From the human T2T-CHM13v2.0 reference genome, Homo sapiens: a stretch of DNA of 64,000 nucleotides. Location: the NCBI RefSeq assembly GCF_009914755.1, contig NC_060928.1; one strand, given 5' to 3'. The translations under genes were made by a program, and so were the position numbers. Of this stretch, positions 25,491 to 39,045 are shown one piece after another. The first letter of the stretch is position 1. Every line of letters begins with the position of its first letter. Below the pieces are notes generated by a model. That model had not been told where the DNA came from. It ran no database searches and saw only the letters and a program-made list of their open reading frames with translations.

Positions 25491-25974
25491 TGTAAGGTCC
25501 TCTGAGCTGGCTGCACCATGGTCAAGCCTTCATGACATTCCCCAGCCCTTGTGATAATACACTTTGTGGTATTCCCCATGCTTGTGAATGTACTTTGTAA
25601 CATTCCTCCCCACCCTTGTGACAATACACCCTCCCTGCCCTTGTGAATGTACTTTGTAACATTCCTCTCCGCCCCTGTGACAATACACCCCCGCCACCCT
25701 TGAGAATGTACTTTGTAACATTCCTCTTCTCTCTTGTGACAATACACACCCCCCTACCAACTCTTGTGAATGTACTTTGTAACATCCATCCACTGCACGA
25801 AAAATCTGCTCCTAATTCCACCGCCTATCCCAAACCTGTAAGAACCAATGATAATCCCACCACTCTTTGCTGACTCCTTTCTCGGACTCAGCCCACTTGC
25901 ATCCAAGTGAATAGACAGCCTTGTTGCTCACACTAAGCCTGCTCAGGTGGTCTCTCATACGGATGTGCTTAACA
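25491..25974 (+). mobile_element. ERV1 solo LTR, MER48-like (HERV-H related), with internal ~59-bp tandem repeats
   Basis: tgtaaggtcctctgagc...cttaaca. The 3' half resembles LTR7 (tataag-like box, aatgataatcccaccac, ggactcagccc, gttgctcacac). Unit cttgtgaatgtactttgtaacattcc at 25581, 25640, 25699 and 25763. Confidence 0.8.
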
Positions 25975-26079
25975 GTCCTGAAAATGGAAATAAAGATATA
26001 AATTTAGGAAAGACTCCTAAAACATATAACAAATATGAGTTCTAGATGAGCTGAGCCAATTTTACTTTTGTGGACAATA

Positions 26080-28435
26080 CAGCCATACCTCAGAGACATC
26101 GTGGGTTTGATTTCAGACCACCAAATAAAGTGAATATCTCAGTAAAGCAAACCACACAGTTTTTTTTTTTTTGCTTTCCAAATGCGTATATAAAAGTTAC
26201 ATTTACACTATACTGTAGTATATTAAGTGTGCAATAGAATGATGTCAAAAAAATGTAGTCTATTAAGTGTGCAATAGGATGATGTCTGAATTTAAAAATA
26301 CTTTGTTGCTTTAAAATGTTAATGACTATCTGAGCCTTCAGTGAGTCACAGTCTTTTTGCTGGTGGAGGGTCTTGCCTTGATATTGATGGCTGCTGACTG
26401 ATGAGCATTGTTGTGGCTGTTAGCTGTGGCAATTTCTTAAAAACAGACAACAATAAAGTGTACTGGATCAATTGATTGTCTTTTCATGAATGATTTCTCT
26501 ATAGCATGCAATGTTGATGACATTTTCCTGGCAGTAGAACTTCTTTCCAAATTGGAGTCAATTCTCTCAAGGCCTGCTGCTATTTTATCAAATAAGTTTA
26601 CGTAATATTATAAATCCTTTGTTGTCATTTCAACAGTGTTCATAGCATCTTCCCCAAAAGTAGACTCAATCTCAAGAAACCACTGTCTTTGTTAGCCATA
26701 AAAAGCAATACTTCATCCTTTCAAGATTTTTTATGCAATAGCTGAAAATTAGTTGCCTCTTCAGGCCCCACTTATAATTCCAGTTATCTTTCTATTTCTA
26801 CCACATCTGCAGTTATTTCATCCACTGAAGTTTCAAACCCCTCAAAGTCATTCATTAAGGCTAGAACCAACTTCTTCTAAACTCCTGTTAATATTGATAT
26901 TTTGACCTGCCCTGAATCATGAATGTTCTTAATGGCATCTAAACTGTTCAATCTTTTCACAAGATTTTCAATTTTCTTTGCCCTGATTAATCAGAGGAAT
27001 CACCCATCTATGGCAGCTAAAGACTTACAAAATATATCTCTTAATAAAACTTGAAAATTTTCATTACTCTTTGATCCATGGGCTGCACAATGGGTATTGT
27101 GTTAGCGACACAAAAACATTAATCTCCTCATACATCTTCATCAGAGCTCTTGGATGACCTGGTGCATTGCCCTTAAGCAGTAATATTTTGAGCAGTAGGT
27201 CTCAACTGAAGGCTTAAAATATTCAGTAAACCATGCTGTAAAAAAATGTGTTGTCATTCAGGCTTTAATGTTTTATTTCAATCTATAGGAAGAGTAGGTA
27301 ATTCTTAAGGGCCCTAGGATTTTCAGAATGGTAAATGAGCATTGGCTTCAACTTAAAACCACCAGCCACATAGGCCCCAGAAAAAGTCAGCCTGTCTTTT
27401 GAAGCTTTGAAGCCGAGCATTGACTATTCCTTTCTATTTATGAAAGTCATACATGGTGCCTTCTTCCAATATAATGCTGTTTTGTCTACACTGAAAATCT
27501 GTTGATTAGTGTAGCCATTTTCATCAACCATATTAACCAGATCTTCTCAATAGCTTACTGCCACTCCACATCAGCACTTGCTGCTTCACCTCGCACTGGT
27601 GACAGCTTCTTTCCTTAAACCTCATGAATAAACCTATGCTGGCATGAAACTATTCTTTTGCAGCTTCCTCATATCTCTCAGCCTTCATGAAACTGAAGAA
27701 AGTTAAAGCCTAACTTTGAATTATACTTTGGCTTCAGGGAATGTTGAGGCTGGTTTAATCTATCCAGACCACTAGAACTTTCTCCATACCAGCAATAAGG
27801 CTGTTTCACTTTTTTATCATTTGTGTGTTCACTGGAGTAGCACTTTTAATTTCCTTCAAGAACTTTTCCTTTGCATTCGCAATTTGGCCAACCATTTGAC
27901 ACAAAAGGCCTAGATTTCAGCCTATTTCTGCTTTTGACATGCCTTTCTCACTTAGCTTAATCATTTCTAGGTTATGATTTAAATTGAGAGACATTCAACT
28001 CTTCCTTTTACTTGAAGACTTGGAGGCCACTATGGGGTTATTAATTGGCCTGATTTTAATATTGTTGTGTCTCAGGGAATAGAGAGGCCTGAGGAGAGGG
28101 AGAGAAATGAGAAAAGGCTGGTTGATAGAGCAGTCGGAACACATATAACATTTATCGATTAAGTTCCCTGTCTTATATAAGTGCAGTTTATGGTGTGCCT
28201 AAACAATTATAATAGTAGCATCAAAGATCACTGATAGCAGGTCACCATAACAGATATAATAATAATGAAAAAGCTTGAAATATTGTAAGAATTACCAAAA
28301 TGTGACACAGAGACAGGTAGGGAACACATACTGTTGGAAAAACAGCACCAACAGACTTGCTTAAAGCAGGGTTGTCACAAACTTTCAATCTGTAAAAAAT
28401 GTGTCTACAAAGCACAATAAAATGAGGTATGCCTG
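26080..28435 (-). mobile_element. Tigger1 DNA transposon, near full length, transposase disrupted
   Basis: TIRs cagccatacctc / gaggtatgcctg flanked by TA. About 2.36 kb. Internal Tigger1 transposase sequence with no long ORF. 40-bp internal duplication at 26214/26254. Confidence 0.92.
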
Positions 28436-29519
28436 TATATAAGAATACCCAATTAATCACACTTCTGCTAAAGTATTTTTCATCAGTTTAGTAATATATA
28501 GCTGTATAAATTCCATCATCATCATCATTATTCAACAACAAATTCTAGGCTTATAAAATTATACTAAATGTGTCAATCATTTTGTCAGCCAGTCAAGCCC
28601 TGATATTTGAGGCCATTGTCAACCACCATGTGACTCAACACTATATTGCAGAAGATATGACCTGGCATGGACATCTTATGGACAAGCTGAGCAGATCAGT
28701 GAGGTGATCTAGCATAAAAGAATTTAGTCCAAAGCTTGGTCAATTATTTAGAATCTGAAATTGAAAATATAGAGATAACTAATATTTCTATGATTGAAAT
28801 TAAAGAAATATGTAGAAAAGAGACTAGGAGGCTATGAAAAGGTCATGTAGAAAACAAACCTATTTAGGAGATAAAACCTTTTAGCTAGCAGAAGCTATTA
28901 AGTAGAAAAATAGGTACAAAGGGTATCTGTACAAAGCAAGAATTGTATATGAGAAGGAAATTAAATAGAGTTGCTAAGTAAACTAGTGAAAGAATAGGAG
29001 TGTCAAATGAGAGCATCCAAGAGCATAAGACAATTATACTGATGGCAGAGCTATGTAGTGAATTCTCCTCTCTCCAGTCACTGGCCCTAGTTACCAGGTA
29101 GAGATAACTAGAGTCCCAGTCGCGGACGTAATAGAATCCACAAAAGAAGCATGAGGATGTGATGGTGCTAGAAACACTATGAAATGCAGAGATAAAGGTA
29201 ATGTAGACACAGACTGACAAAAAAGGCTTAGCTTAGCCCTGGAGCAGAACTGCAGTTATGCTCTTTCCATAAAACCATTCTTTGAAGTTACCTGCACAGC
29301 CCTACTCCTTGTAACCAAAGTGAACTAAAATAATAATTCTTTGCCATTTTAAAAATATTTTATTCTACAATGTCTCATCTGAATTCCCAGAGTCCATATA
29401 AATGTTCAGAGCAATCATTACTCTTGCTTTTATCTTTATTTTGCTTTACAGATGGGCCTCGGAGAGATGAAATAATTCATTCCATCAGGTCTTTTGATTC
29501 TAAATCATCTCCATTCAGA

Positions 29520-30790
29520 AAAAAATGTATTAAGAAATTATAAAGAAGCAGAAATCATACTAGTCAATGAAATGACATACATACATACATACATACAAAA
29601 TACAAAGATACAATGCCTTCCATAAACAAGCTTACAATATAATAGGAGAGGCAAAAAAGGGAATCACGAGTTACGACACAGTTAATTGCAAAGATACATG
29701 TGTGCACAAGGTGTTAATTGTAGAAGAGAGAACTTCAACCCAAATTTCAGTGAATAGCAGTGAATATCCAGGGCTATTCAATGGATAGCCCAAAGCAATG
29801 GGGAGGAAAGCCAAGGGAAGACAGAGCAATTAAAAAGGGAAGGCTTTATGAAGGAGAGTGAGAGAATAGTATATGGCACGTTGAAGGTGGTCAATCAATT
29901 TTGACTGAATAAAGGAATAAGCTAATTACGATCTTACAATTTACTATTGAAGCATGATTGGGTGTTTGAGTAGATGAAGAGGCAGAAGATTATTTTTAAA
30001 GAGATTCAGAGATTATAGAATCATTGGGGAAGTTTGAGTTATTTGACATGGTTGGAGGTGTGAGAGCATGTATTAGAATTTGAATATTAAGAGGTAGTCA
30101 GGTGCCAAATCACACATGGCTTTCTATGTCATTTTAAGACATTTGATACTTATCTTGAGGTCCCCGAGGAATAAGGAGAGTGCTTATATTTTCACATTTG
30201 CATTTTAGAAATATGAGACTGATAGCCATGTGAAGAGTGGATTAGGGAAAGATAAAAATAAGGCAGGTAGATAAGAAAGAAGGGTTTTGTAGAGGCTGAG
30301 GAATAAGGCTTCTGGGGTTAATATAAGTCAGGGAGAGTCAAACTGAATAGGAGGGAACAAATCACAAAGGAATTCAACAATTTATTAGCACAGGACTTAA
30401 TCACCAATTAGATGTATAGAATGATGGATAAAAAGAGTGATAAATTGACTTTCAGGTCATTTTTGGCACTTTCAGGTGCCATTAACCAAATATTAAATAC
30501 AAAAATTGAGCAGATTAAGAAGAAGCAGAGGAATAAAAGGAAAGCCAAGAGACAGTAGTGTCAGGGCCTGAGATAATTTAAAGAAGAAAGGAATGACCAC
30601 AATGTCAAATAGCAAAGTAATGTCAAATAAAGTAAAAACCAACTTATGTGTGAGAGTTGGCAATTAGAGCGCTGGTGGCCTGTACAACAGCTGTTTCAGA
30701 GAATAGTGGAGACAGATGACAGAGAGCAGCTGGTGGAAAGAGTGAGAATGGGAATCAAGGACAGGAAACCAAAAGCCCAGAGACTTCTTC
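29520..30790 (-). mobile_element. Degenerate L2 fragments including a (TACA)n run
   Basis: Purine-rich antisense L2-like blocks (ccaaatcacacatggctttctatgtcattttaag, tttgcattttagaaa, caggacttaatcaccaattagatgt). Confidence 0.5.
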
Positions 30791-31294
30791 CTTATACCTT
30801 GTTAGTGGTATCTTACAAAAGTTAAGCATATTGGGAAAATATTAGGGAATTCGAGATTCAGCTAACCATATAAGTGTCATTTAGTTAGAATTAGAGTGAA
30901 ATATGCGGTACATACTTAGAATCCTTCACTAGATGAAGTGCATTACATTTTCAATAAGAATCATTCCTGCTAGATGATACATTCCAAAAATCAGGAATTG
31001 CTCCTGTCTTCTTTCCCATTGTACTAACAACTGGAAGCCATTAAATATGCAGTAGATAATAACTTCCTTATCTCTATTTTTATTTTTCTCATGCCAGTAG
31101 AAATTCCATTCATTCTTTCAGGTTCAGAGCAGGAAATACCACTCCCTCCACAAAATCTTTTTCAATATCCCCTGGGTCTCTCTCTCCCTCCCTCTCTCTC
31201 TCTCCTTCCTTTTCTCTCTCTCTTGTTATTTCAATATGATAGAATATGTTATATCCATATTCATACCATCTTATCTTTCTGACTTGAATATTTC

Positions 31295-34050
31295 TGTATC
31301 TTTCTGACTTGAATATTTATTAGTTTTGTTTGATCAGAGTAGCAGAAACTGCATGAGTAATATTAGGAATTATTTAGAGGTTTATTTACTTCAAGCCCAT
31401 CTGTTATCCCTGTCTGGCCCTGAAACAAACTGGACCAGCAGTCAGGAAGGGAAGATAAATATAAATAAGGGGAAGGCAAGAACAACCTGGAGTCCATGAG
31501 GACAGGCTTAAGTCTACAAGGATAAACAAACCCTCATCTGTCTTTCACCAGAAGCTTCCCTGATCTCATATCTCCTCCAAGCCTCTGGCCTCCAACTTCA
31601 GTGCTGCAGTTTTCCGCACATCTATTGTGCTTCAACATGGTGCTGTGAACAAATGTTTCCCAGGGTTTGAAGAAGGTTAAAAAAAAAAAAAGATCCAGCA
31701 AAACTTGGAGGCGAACCTGCAGATCCACAACCATGTAAAAATATTAAAACGGTGCCTGATGCTACACCAACCTGCTGAGTGTGAACATGGCTGCTGCTTC
31801 TCTTCTACCTCCCAAATCCCACACAAATTTCTCTTATAATCAACCCCAACCCAGGGTAGAGAATTCTCGAAAAGTAGCCCCAGATTAGCTAAGTGAACAT
31901 ACTATAAAATTACCACAGTCCATCCTTTATTAATTTAGCATCATATATATCCCTTTAGTCATACTTAATTTCCATACAAAAACAATATCAAAATCATGTA
32001 TTCAGTATTTTGTATAACCAAAAATATGCTAACCCTCTCCCCAAAAAGGATGCAGTCATACTTTTTGAATGATATTATTTACCATCTAGGACAGTCATGT
32101 CCCTCTTTGACATCCTGTAAGTTAAATACTAATATTTGATGTTAGCTATTACTATTACTTGTTATGTTAGATCATAGGAGAGTGGTAAAAGGAAAAAATT
32201 ATTAAAATAGACACAAATATTTTCATATCAAAATAATAAGGAAAAAATGTGATTATTACAGTACTCATTTCTGAAAACTGGATGCATAACAGCTAATATT
32301 CATCATGTCTTTCTTTCACTGCCAATTTCATGTATACTTTGCCCACACCAAGCACCTTAGCATGTAGAGTGACCCAAAGTTTCATTTCTCAAGGGTCAGG
32401 CCATTAGTCATTTTCTGTGTATGGAATTGTTGTAGTTTATTCATTGACTTTAACTGCAGAAATTGAAACTACTATGAAGTTTCCCAGAAGATTTCCTGCA
32501 TTCCCATACAGACTTCTCTTTAACCTACTGTGCAGTAGAAAATCAATTTCCTCATGTTAGTTAGGGTTAATCACCATTAGCCAGTATGGTAACCTTCTTA
32601 TTTGTCTGTTTATCCACACGTGTAAGAACCTGCCAAAGGTTGAGGGGATCTCAACTTCCAGTTTAATAGAACTATTCCTGTGCCCCTGGTGGAATAATTT
32701 ACCTCTTGGTAATGAAGACCTCTCAACTAGCAGAACCCAAGGTTAGGGAGAAAGGAGCAAAAATTTCACTATCAGATCACTAAAAGTAACAGTGAGAGAA
32801 TTCAGTTTCATTTCTACACCTTAATTCCTATACTTGTGAATCCTGACTATGGGAAAAACACCACCGTATATTGAAGGCTAATTTAGAGCATATACCATAT
32901 TCTGATGGCCCTTATCCCAGCTTCCAAGATGTTGCCCAAACTGGCACCAAAACTGAGTCTTCAAAATGTCACGTCACATATTTATTAAAACCAGATACCT
33001 CAAGTTGATGGAAAACATGGTAAAACCAGTGAATTCCACAATCATAAGCCTATTGTCACACATTATCTGCTCTAAAATGGGTCACTTGGTCAGAAGAAAT
33101 GTTTGGGGATTGCCATTACAGTGACTAAGTCATTGGTTAGTCCATGTTTGGTGGTTTTGAAAGAACAATTGAAAAAAGGGAGGTAAATCCATATCCAGAG
33201 TCAATGAGAAAAAATTCCAGCTCTTTCCATGAGGGAGGCAATCTAATGTAACAGTCTGTCACAGTTGGCTGCTGGCCACCACAATGAATGGTGTCATATT
33301 GGGGCCCACATGCTGGTCTCTGCTCTTGACAGATCAGGCATTCAGCAGTACCTGTAGCTAGTCACTGTTGATGACTGGAAGTCCATTTGCTGAATCCATG
33401 CATAACCTGCATTCCCACTACCATGGACAGTTTGTGAGCCCATTGGGCAAGAAAAAGAATGGCTGAAGTTAGAATGTGTCATTTTGTCCATATTATTATG
33501 AAGCTCCTTGATATGGTTAGGTATTGTGTCCCCACCCAAATCTCATCTTGAATTGTAATCCTCATTATCCCCACATGTTGAGGGAGAGACATCTTAGGAG
33601 ATGATTGGAACATGGGGGCAGTGTTCTCATAATAGTGAGTGAGTTGTTGTGAAATCTGATGGTTTTATAAGTGTCTGACAGTTCCTCCAAACACACTCTC
33701 TTCTCTCTTGCCTGCCACCAGTTAAGATGTAGCTTTGCTTCTCCTTCACCTTCCACCATGATTCTAAGTTTCCTGAGGCCTCCCCAGCCATGCAAAGTTG
33801 TGAGTCAATTAAACCTCTTTCCTGACTACCCAATCTAAGCAAGAGTCACTGACTAACCAATCTAACCAAGAGTCACTGACTATGAAACAGTATAGAGCTA
33901 TACCTCTGGCTTTTTCTCCTTTCAGATTTGAAGTTCTGGTCACTGATGGGTATTGTTTGGAGTCATCCATATACCAGATCCAATTTTTTTCAAAAATGTT
34001 TAAGGCAGATACCACATCATTAAACACAGCATCCTGTATGTGGAAGTTAC
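31295..34050 (-). mobile_element. ERVL remnant: old MLT2-type LTR (31295-31917) plus internal pol/integrase sequence
   Basis: LTR ends aaattaccaca followed by gtccatcc. Minus-strand 33380-33450 encodes an ERVL integrase HHCC-like segment (..HGSGNAGYAWIQQ..). A 22-bp duplication straddles the LTR start (31272/31297). Confidence 0.7.
33509..33845 (+). mobile_element. THE1D-like MaLR LTR, 3' end lost
   Basis: tgatatggttagg..tgtgtccccacccaaatctcatcttgaattgtaatc..tttcctgaggcctccccagccatg..aattaaacctcttt. Confidence 0.85.
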
Positions 34051-34949
34051 TCAAATAACTGTTTACATGAACTTAAACTACTTCATTTTAACTAGCAATT
34101 TTGATTTCCTTTTGGGAGGAAAAACAGACCAACTAGGGGAGACTAGTGGAACAGAAATTTCTTCCCTTTTGTGCATTTAAATTTAGAATCATTTAAATAT
34201 ATTGCTTATTTTCAATTACTTTAAATTTGGAATAATAAACTCAGCAACTGCAGTTTTTTAAAAAAGAATTTTATTCTTCACAGTTAAAAAATTTATATGT
34301 ATTCATTTGTATTTCCACTGTCTTGTACTTGAAATCTTAAATTCAGTGTTGATAGAATAGAGGCTGACTTTCTCTTTTATTTCTTGGAGAAAATTTGCAC
34401 AGCTTTAAAGTAAGCCATGCTTACAAAATACATGCATTAACCTTTTGTAAAAATGTCATTATGCATGCATGTTCACACAGTGCCAGTGAATATCGGATGT
34501 TACTCAAATCCACTCTACCATTCCTAATCAAGTCAAACAAACTTCTTCCGACTTCTTTCACTCAACAATTAATTGTTTTAAAGAAATTTTCAATAAGGCT
34601 GTGGAGTAGAGCTACATTTTAAGAGTTTGAAATAGTAGTTGCCTTTATTTTTACTGAAGAAAATTTCAGAAAATGTGCTGGTCAGTTCTCCCACATATTG
34701 TAGGGGTGGGCATTACCTCTACTTATGTTACTTTTTGCCTCATATTTATCTGATGGTGCAGGAACATGCATGAACATGTGTGTATTCTGAGATTAATTAG
34801 GAGATTCCCATTTATTTCCTGTGTTGTACTTTTGGGTTTTTTTCTCCCATATTATATGCAGAGTTCCCATACCAGTGCTTCTCAAGTTTCTCAAGTGTAC
34901 TCCTGGAATCAATGAATGGCGAGGTTTCATTTTAAAATTATGATCCAGT

Positions 34950-35655
34950 CTGTGTTCTCATAATGACTTGTTAATAGCATATGAAATATTTGGTCATTTC
35001 CTTCTTCAAACACTTCTTCCTCTTGGCTCTTTTGGTGCTTTATCTACATGACTGCTTACTTCCTCCCAGGCTCTTCTGTTGCATTTTCTTAATCTCCATA
35101 ACCTTTAAATGTTGTAGTCACCAAGGCTTGGTTTTTTCTTCCTTATCTACTCTTATTTCTAAATGATCTCCTCCTTCTTGGTTTGAAAGACCATGCTATG
35201 CTAATTGCCAAATTTATACCATCTCAGAACTCTACGCTAAATTTCAGACTCATATTTAATTACTAACTCCATATTTTCATTTGGATATCTGATAGATGTC
35301 TTAAACCACATGTTGAAACTCAACTCCTGATTCCCCACACTCCCCCAAAACTCATTGATTCCCACTGCCCTTCAGCTTTGAAAGTGACTACTCTATCCAT
35401 CTGCTTGATCTGACCAAAATCCTTGTCACCATTCATCTTTTTTCACACTCACAGCACTTATTCTTTAGCAAATCCTATCAACAACTTTTCTCCCATTTTT
35501 CCCACAACAATTCTAATTTAAATCAATACACATCTTACCTGGATTCTTATAAAAGCTGGTCTTTTGTTTTATATCTTAGCCTATTCACAGCTTCCAGAGT
35601 GATCCTTTATAACCATATCACATCCTGTTACTCAGTCCTCAAAACCAACCAGTGG
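34950..35655 (+). mobile_element. L2 fragment
   Basis: cagactcatatt..ttggatatctgatagatgtcttaaac..aaactcaactcctgattcccc..ccagagtgatcctttat. Confidence 0.65.
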
Positions 35656-35689
35656 GATTAATTTTATTGTTGTCTATATTATTATTAAT

Positions 35690-36900
35690 ATGACAAGATT
35701 CTTGGCCTTCAGGAATTTATAATGCAGCATAAAGTGGGAAATAAGAGAGAGTAAATAAATTAAAAATTACTGTGGTGGTTTAAGAAGGAAAAGAACGATT
35801 CTAGGCAGGAGGAAGAGGCAGGGAAGATGTTATAGAAGGATGATACTTAATCTAGATCTTGACAATGGATAATAGAAGCCTCATGAAGCATATCTAAAAG
35901 GGAAATAGTGTGTGCAATGGAAAGAGCATAAGAGGAAAGATAGCTTATTTGAAAAACTGAGAGATGTTTATTAGGTTTGGGTCTCTGGGCTCAAAATAGA
36001 GGAGCAGCAAAGAGAAGACTGAATAAATAAGTGGATATCATAAAATCATATGCTTTGTGTGTCACAAAGGAGGTTGGATTGTAGCCTGCAAGTTATGTAA
36101 AGCCACTGAAATATTTTAAACATGGTCATATTGGCAATCAAAAAATAATTCTGGGTAGATGGATTAGAAAATGGGAGTTAGAAAGCTACTGAAATAATGT
36201 ATGTAAATTTATAAGAGATTTGCCCAAGAAAATAAATGAAAAGGGGCAATACAGAGGTAAGAGATGGGAAATAGTTTAAACCAACGTAATATTAAGGTCA
36301 TTTTGAAACAAGGGAAAACAGGTAATTTAGGATGATTCCCAGATTTCCAGGTCAAGAAGGTAGAAATATTTTGATAGTTTGTAAACTAGAAAAGGAATAA
36401 GTTGAAAATGAAATTGAATACAAAATTTCCATTCTGAACACATTGTGTTTAGGATAAATATGCAGCACATAAGACTTAAGCCATTTAAGAAGGTTGTGGA
36501 ACATCCCAGTGGAACATTCAGTAAGAAGAGACCATTTGGAAGAGATCTGAGCTGCAGGTGGAAATTTGGAGATCATAAGTATATGTGTGTCCATTAAAAC
36601 CATACATGTAAATGGCTTTATAGAATTTGGAGATTTTAAATATGTGATTCCATAAAACTATATTGCCCAAGGAAAGTACATAGCACAAGAAATGAGTAGC
36701 ACTGAGATCTAAGCTCTGCAAAACACCCACTTTTAAGGGTCACACAGAGGAAGAGCAATCTGAGAAAAAGACTTGAAAACATACATAGGGAATCAGTAGG
36801 AGAATTCTGAAGTCCTAAAGGGTAAGAAAGGAGAGTTAAAAAGTAACTGGTCAACAATGTCACTCCCTGTGGAAAAACAGTAAGGTTGAAAGATAACATA
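35690..36900 (-). mobile_element. L2 fragment
   Basis: ggccttcaggaatttataat..aagccactgaaatattttaaaca..aggatgattcccagatttcc..ggtcaacaatgtca. Confidence 0.6.
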
Positions 36901-38504
36901 TGACAGCTGATAATTTGGTGGCTATCACAGAACTGCTTTATGCAGCCTATTTGTTAGGAATTGATCTTCATTATATACCAATACGAAACTAATTTTCTTT
37001 TCATTTATTCAGTATACGTTTCCATGTCTCTGTAGTCTGTGGCCAATATGGCCTCTTAAAATAAAATAGATGCTCCAAAACAAAGCCCTTTTCTTTCGTC
37101 ATTGAAAGTCCTTGTTCCCTAAAGCATAGGATCAGCTGAATTTGGGCCATTTCCCTTTATCAAGATAGTCATCCTGTAACTCTATAAACATGTAAAATTC
37201 TCAAACATTAATTTTGGTAATTCTTAATTTGACATACCTTTATTTTCCTTAAAACATTATTTTATCTCTTCCATAGAAATGGTAGCACCTTTGTGTTTTA
37301 CTTTGCAACCCTCATCAAAAGACTTGTACTTTATAGAAGTCTGCATTCACCACTGTCTGATATGTGGCCTTTACCCCTCCTTGCTTGCAGCTTACTCATT
37401 TTATAAGCCAAAAAAAAAAAAAAAAAAGAAAAGGCGTAAGATGAAAGTGAGCAAGATAAAAGAGGATAATAAAAGAAGTGAGGCTGAAAAAAGGTGGCTT
37501 CCAGAACTCCTTGAACAATAACAGGTCCTCATTCATAATAAGGAGGCACTTTGCTGGAAGCCTTCTTTCAAGAATGTAGTACAGTGCATAACCTTGGAAA
37601 GATAAGGTGAAGTCAAACTGCTATAGAGAACAGTTATTCTCCTCCAACCCCAGTATATAAGACTTAAACTTTTATTACATTCTTCCAATACTCACTGGGG
37701 AAGTGACAACATCTGTTCTGAATCAATGCAAAGTTTGCATCAAAGAAATAGGAAGGGATGCAATTTGAATAAAAAAGAAGTAAACCAAGCAAGAGCCATG
37801 ATCACGAACAAGGTTTATATTAGCAGCATACTCTACCACTTTCAAAAAGGTAAGAATAACACAATCGCTTTCAGTTACACCTAAACCACATTGTCCTCAC
37901 ACAGAACATCTGGTAATGTTCAGTTGCAAATTCCCAAAGGATTTTACACTTATTAAATTCTTATTAAAATTAATAGCAGGCCTTCAAGGCATGGCAATAT
38001 TATAACAGCCCTTTATCAAGAAAACATTATCATCTGAAATAATAAAACTGTCTTCAACTGTAAGAAAATTAAGTCCAAATATTACATACAGGAAACTAGT
38101 TAAATTTATTCCTGAAGAATGTTATTCCTTTCCATACCATATTGACACACTGATTATTTATTCATAATACAATGTCATGAACATTACAGATGAATACTTC
38201 TGTATGATGACAATAGATATTCCCACAAGCTCAAAATTCTAATTATTCCCATTCTTATATTCCTTTATGCTATAATTAAGTGGTTTTAGTGACTGGAATA
38301 TCATTTTGCATATTGTGTCATTGCTGCAGTCTGATAAATGCCACTGTTTAAAAAGTCACCCTTTATATGACCTAAATCTCTTCCTGAGACATATCAACAC
38401 TGCCTAATTAAGAAATTTATGTATAAATTGAAGTTGTTGTTTACCTTGATATTATTACTTTTCTAGTCTTTTGCACCCTGACTTCAACTTTGATGCCCAT
38501 GCAT

Positions 38505-38680
38505 TCTCTGCCTCTCTTTCTGTTTCTCTGTGTATCTGTCTATGAGTATGTCTCTCTCTGATTCTGTTTGTATCTCTCTGTATACATTTGTGTGTATAAA
38601 TTTTATTTTTCTTCTGTGTGTGCTGTGTGTAGCTACTGTACTTATATGTTTCCATGGGGTGTGTGGTGTGGGTGTCTCTC
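38505..38680. repeat. Mixed (CT)n/(TG)n low complexity
   Basis: Directly visible. Confidence 0.7.
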
Positions 38681-39045
38681 TTTTTTTATTGGGATAAAAT
38701 TGAGGCAACATAAATTTCACTATATTAATCAGTTTAAACTGTACAATTTAGTGTTTTTTAGTATATTCGTAAGGATGTGCAACCATCACTACTAAGTCCA
38801 GAATATTTTGATCACCCTAAATAGAAAGATGGTACCCATTAAGCAGTCATTCCCCATTTCTTCCTCTCATCAGCCCCTAGCAACCACTAGTCTTTCTGTC
38901 TCTAAAGATTTGCCTATTCTAGACATTTTGTATAAATGGAACCATACAATAAGTGACCTTTGGTGCCTAACTTCTTTCATTTAGTATAATATTTTCAAGG
39001 TTCATCCATACTGTAGCATGAATCGGTGCTTCATTCCTTTTTACT
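38681..39045 (-). mobile_element. L1MB-type 3' end
   Basis: gtgcaaccatcactac..cccattaagcagtcattcccc..caaccactagtctttctgtctcta..ttttcaaggttcatccat. Confidence 0.85.

Noticed and set aside
25540-25790. CRISPR-like array (conserved ~26-bp repeat at regular spacing)
   Set aside because: The 'spacers' are similar to each other, the array lies inside a TG...CA ERV LTR, the genome is primate and there are no cas genes.
26080-28435. Active or domesticated Tigger transposase
   Set aside because: No long ORF is present; the coding region is broken by stops and frameshifts.
29430-29490. Acceptor-like ttttgctttacag followed by ATG
   Set aside because: ttacagatg..gagagatgaaataa resembles a MIR core fragment, and no good donor follows.
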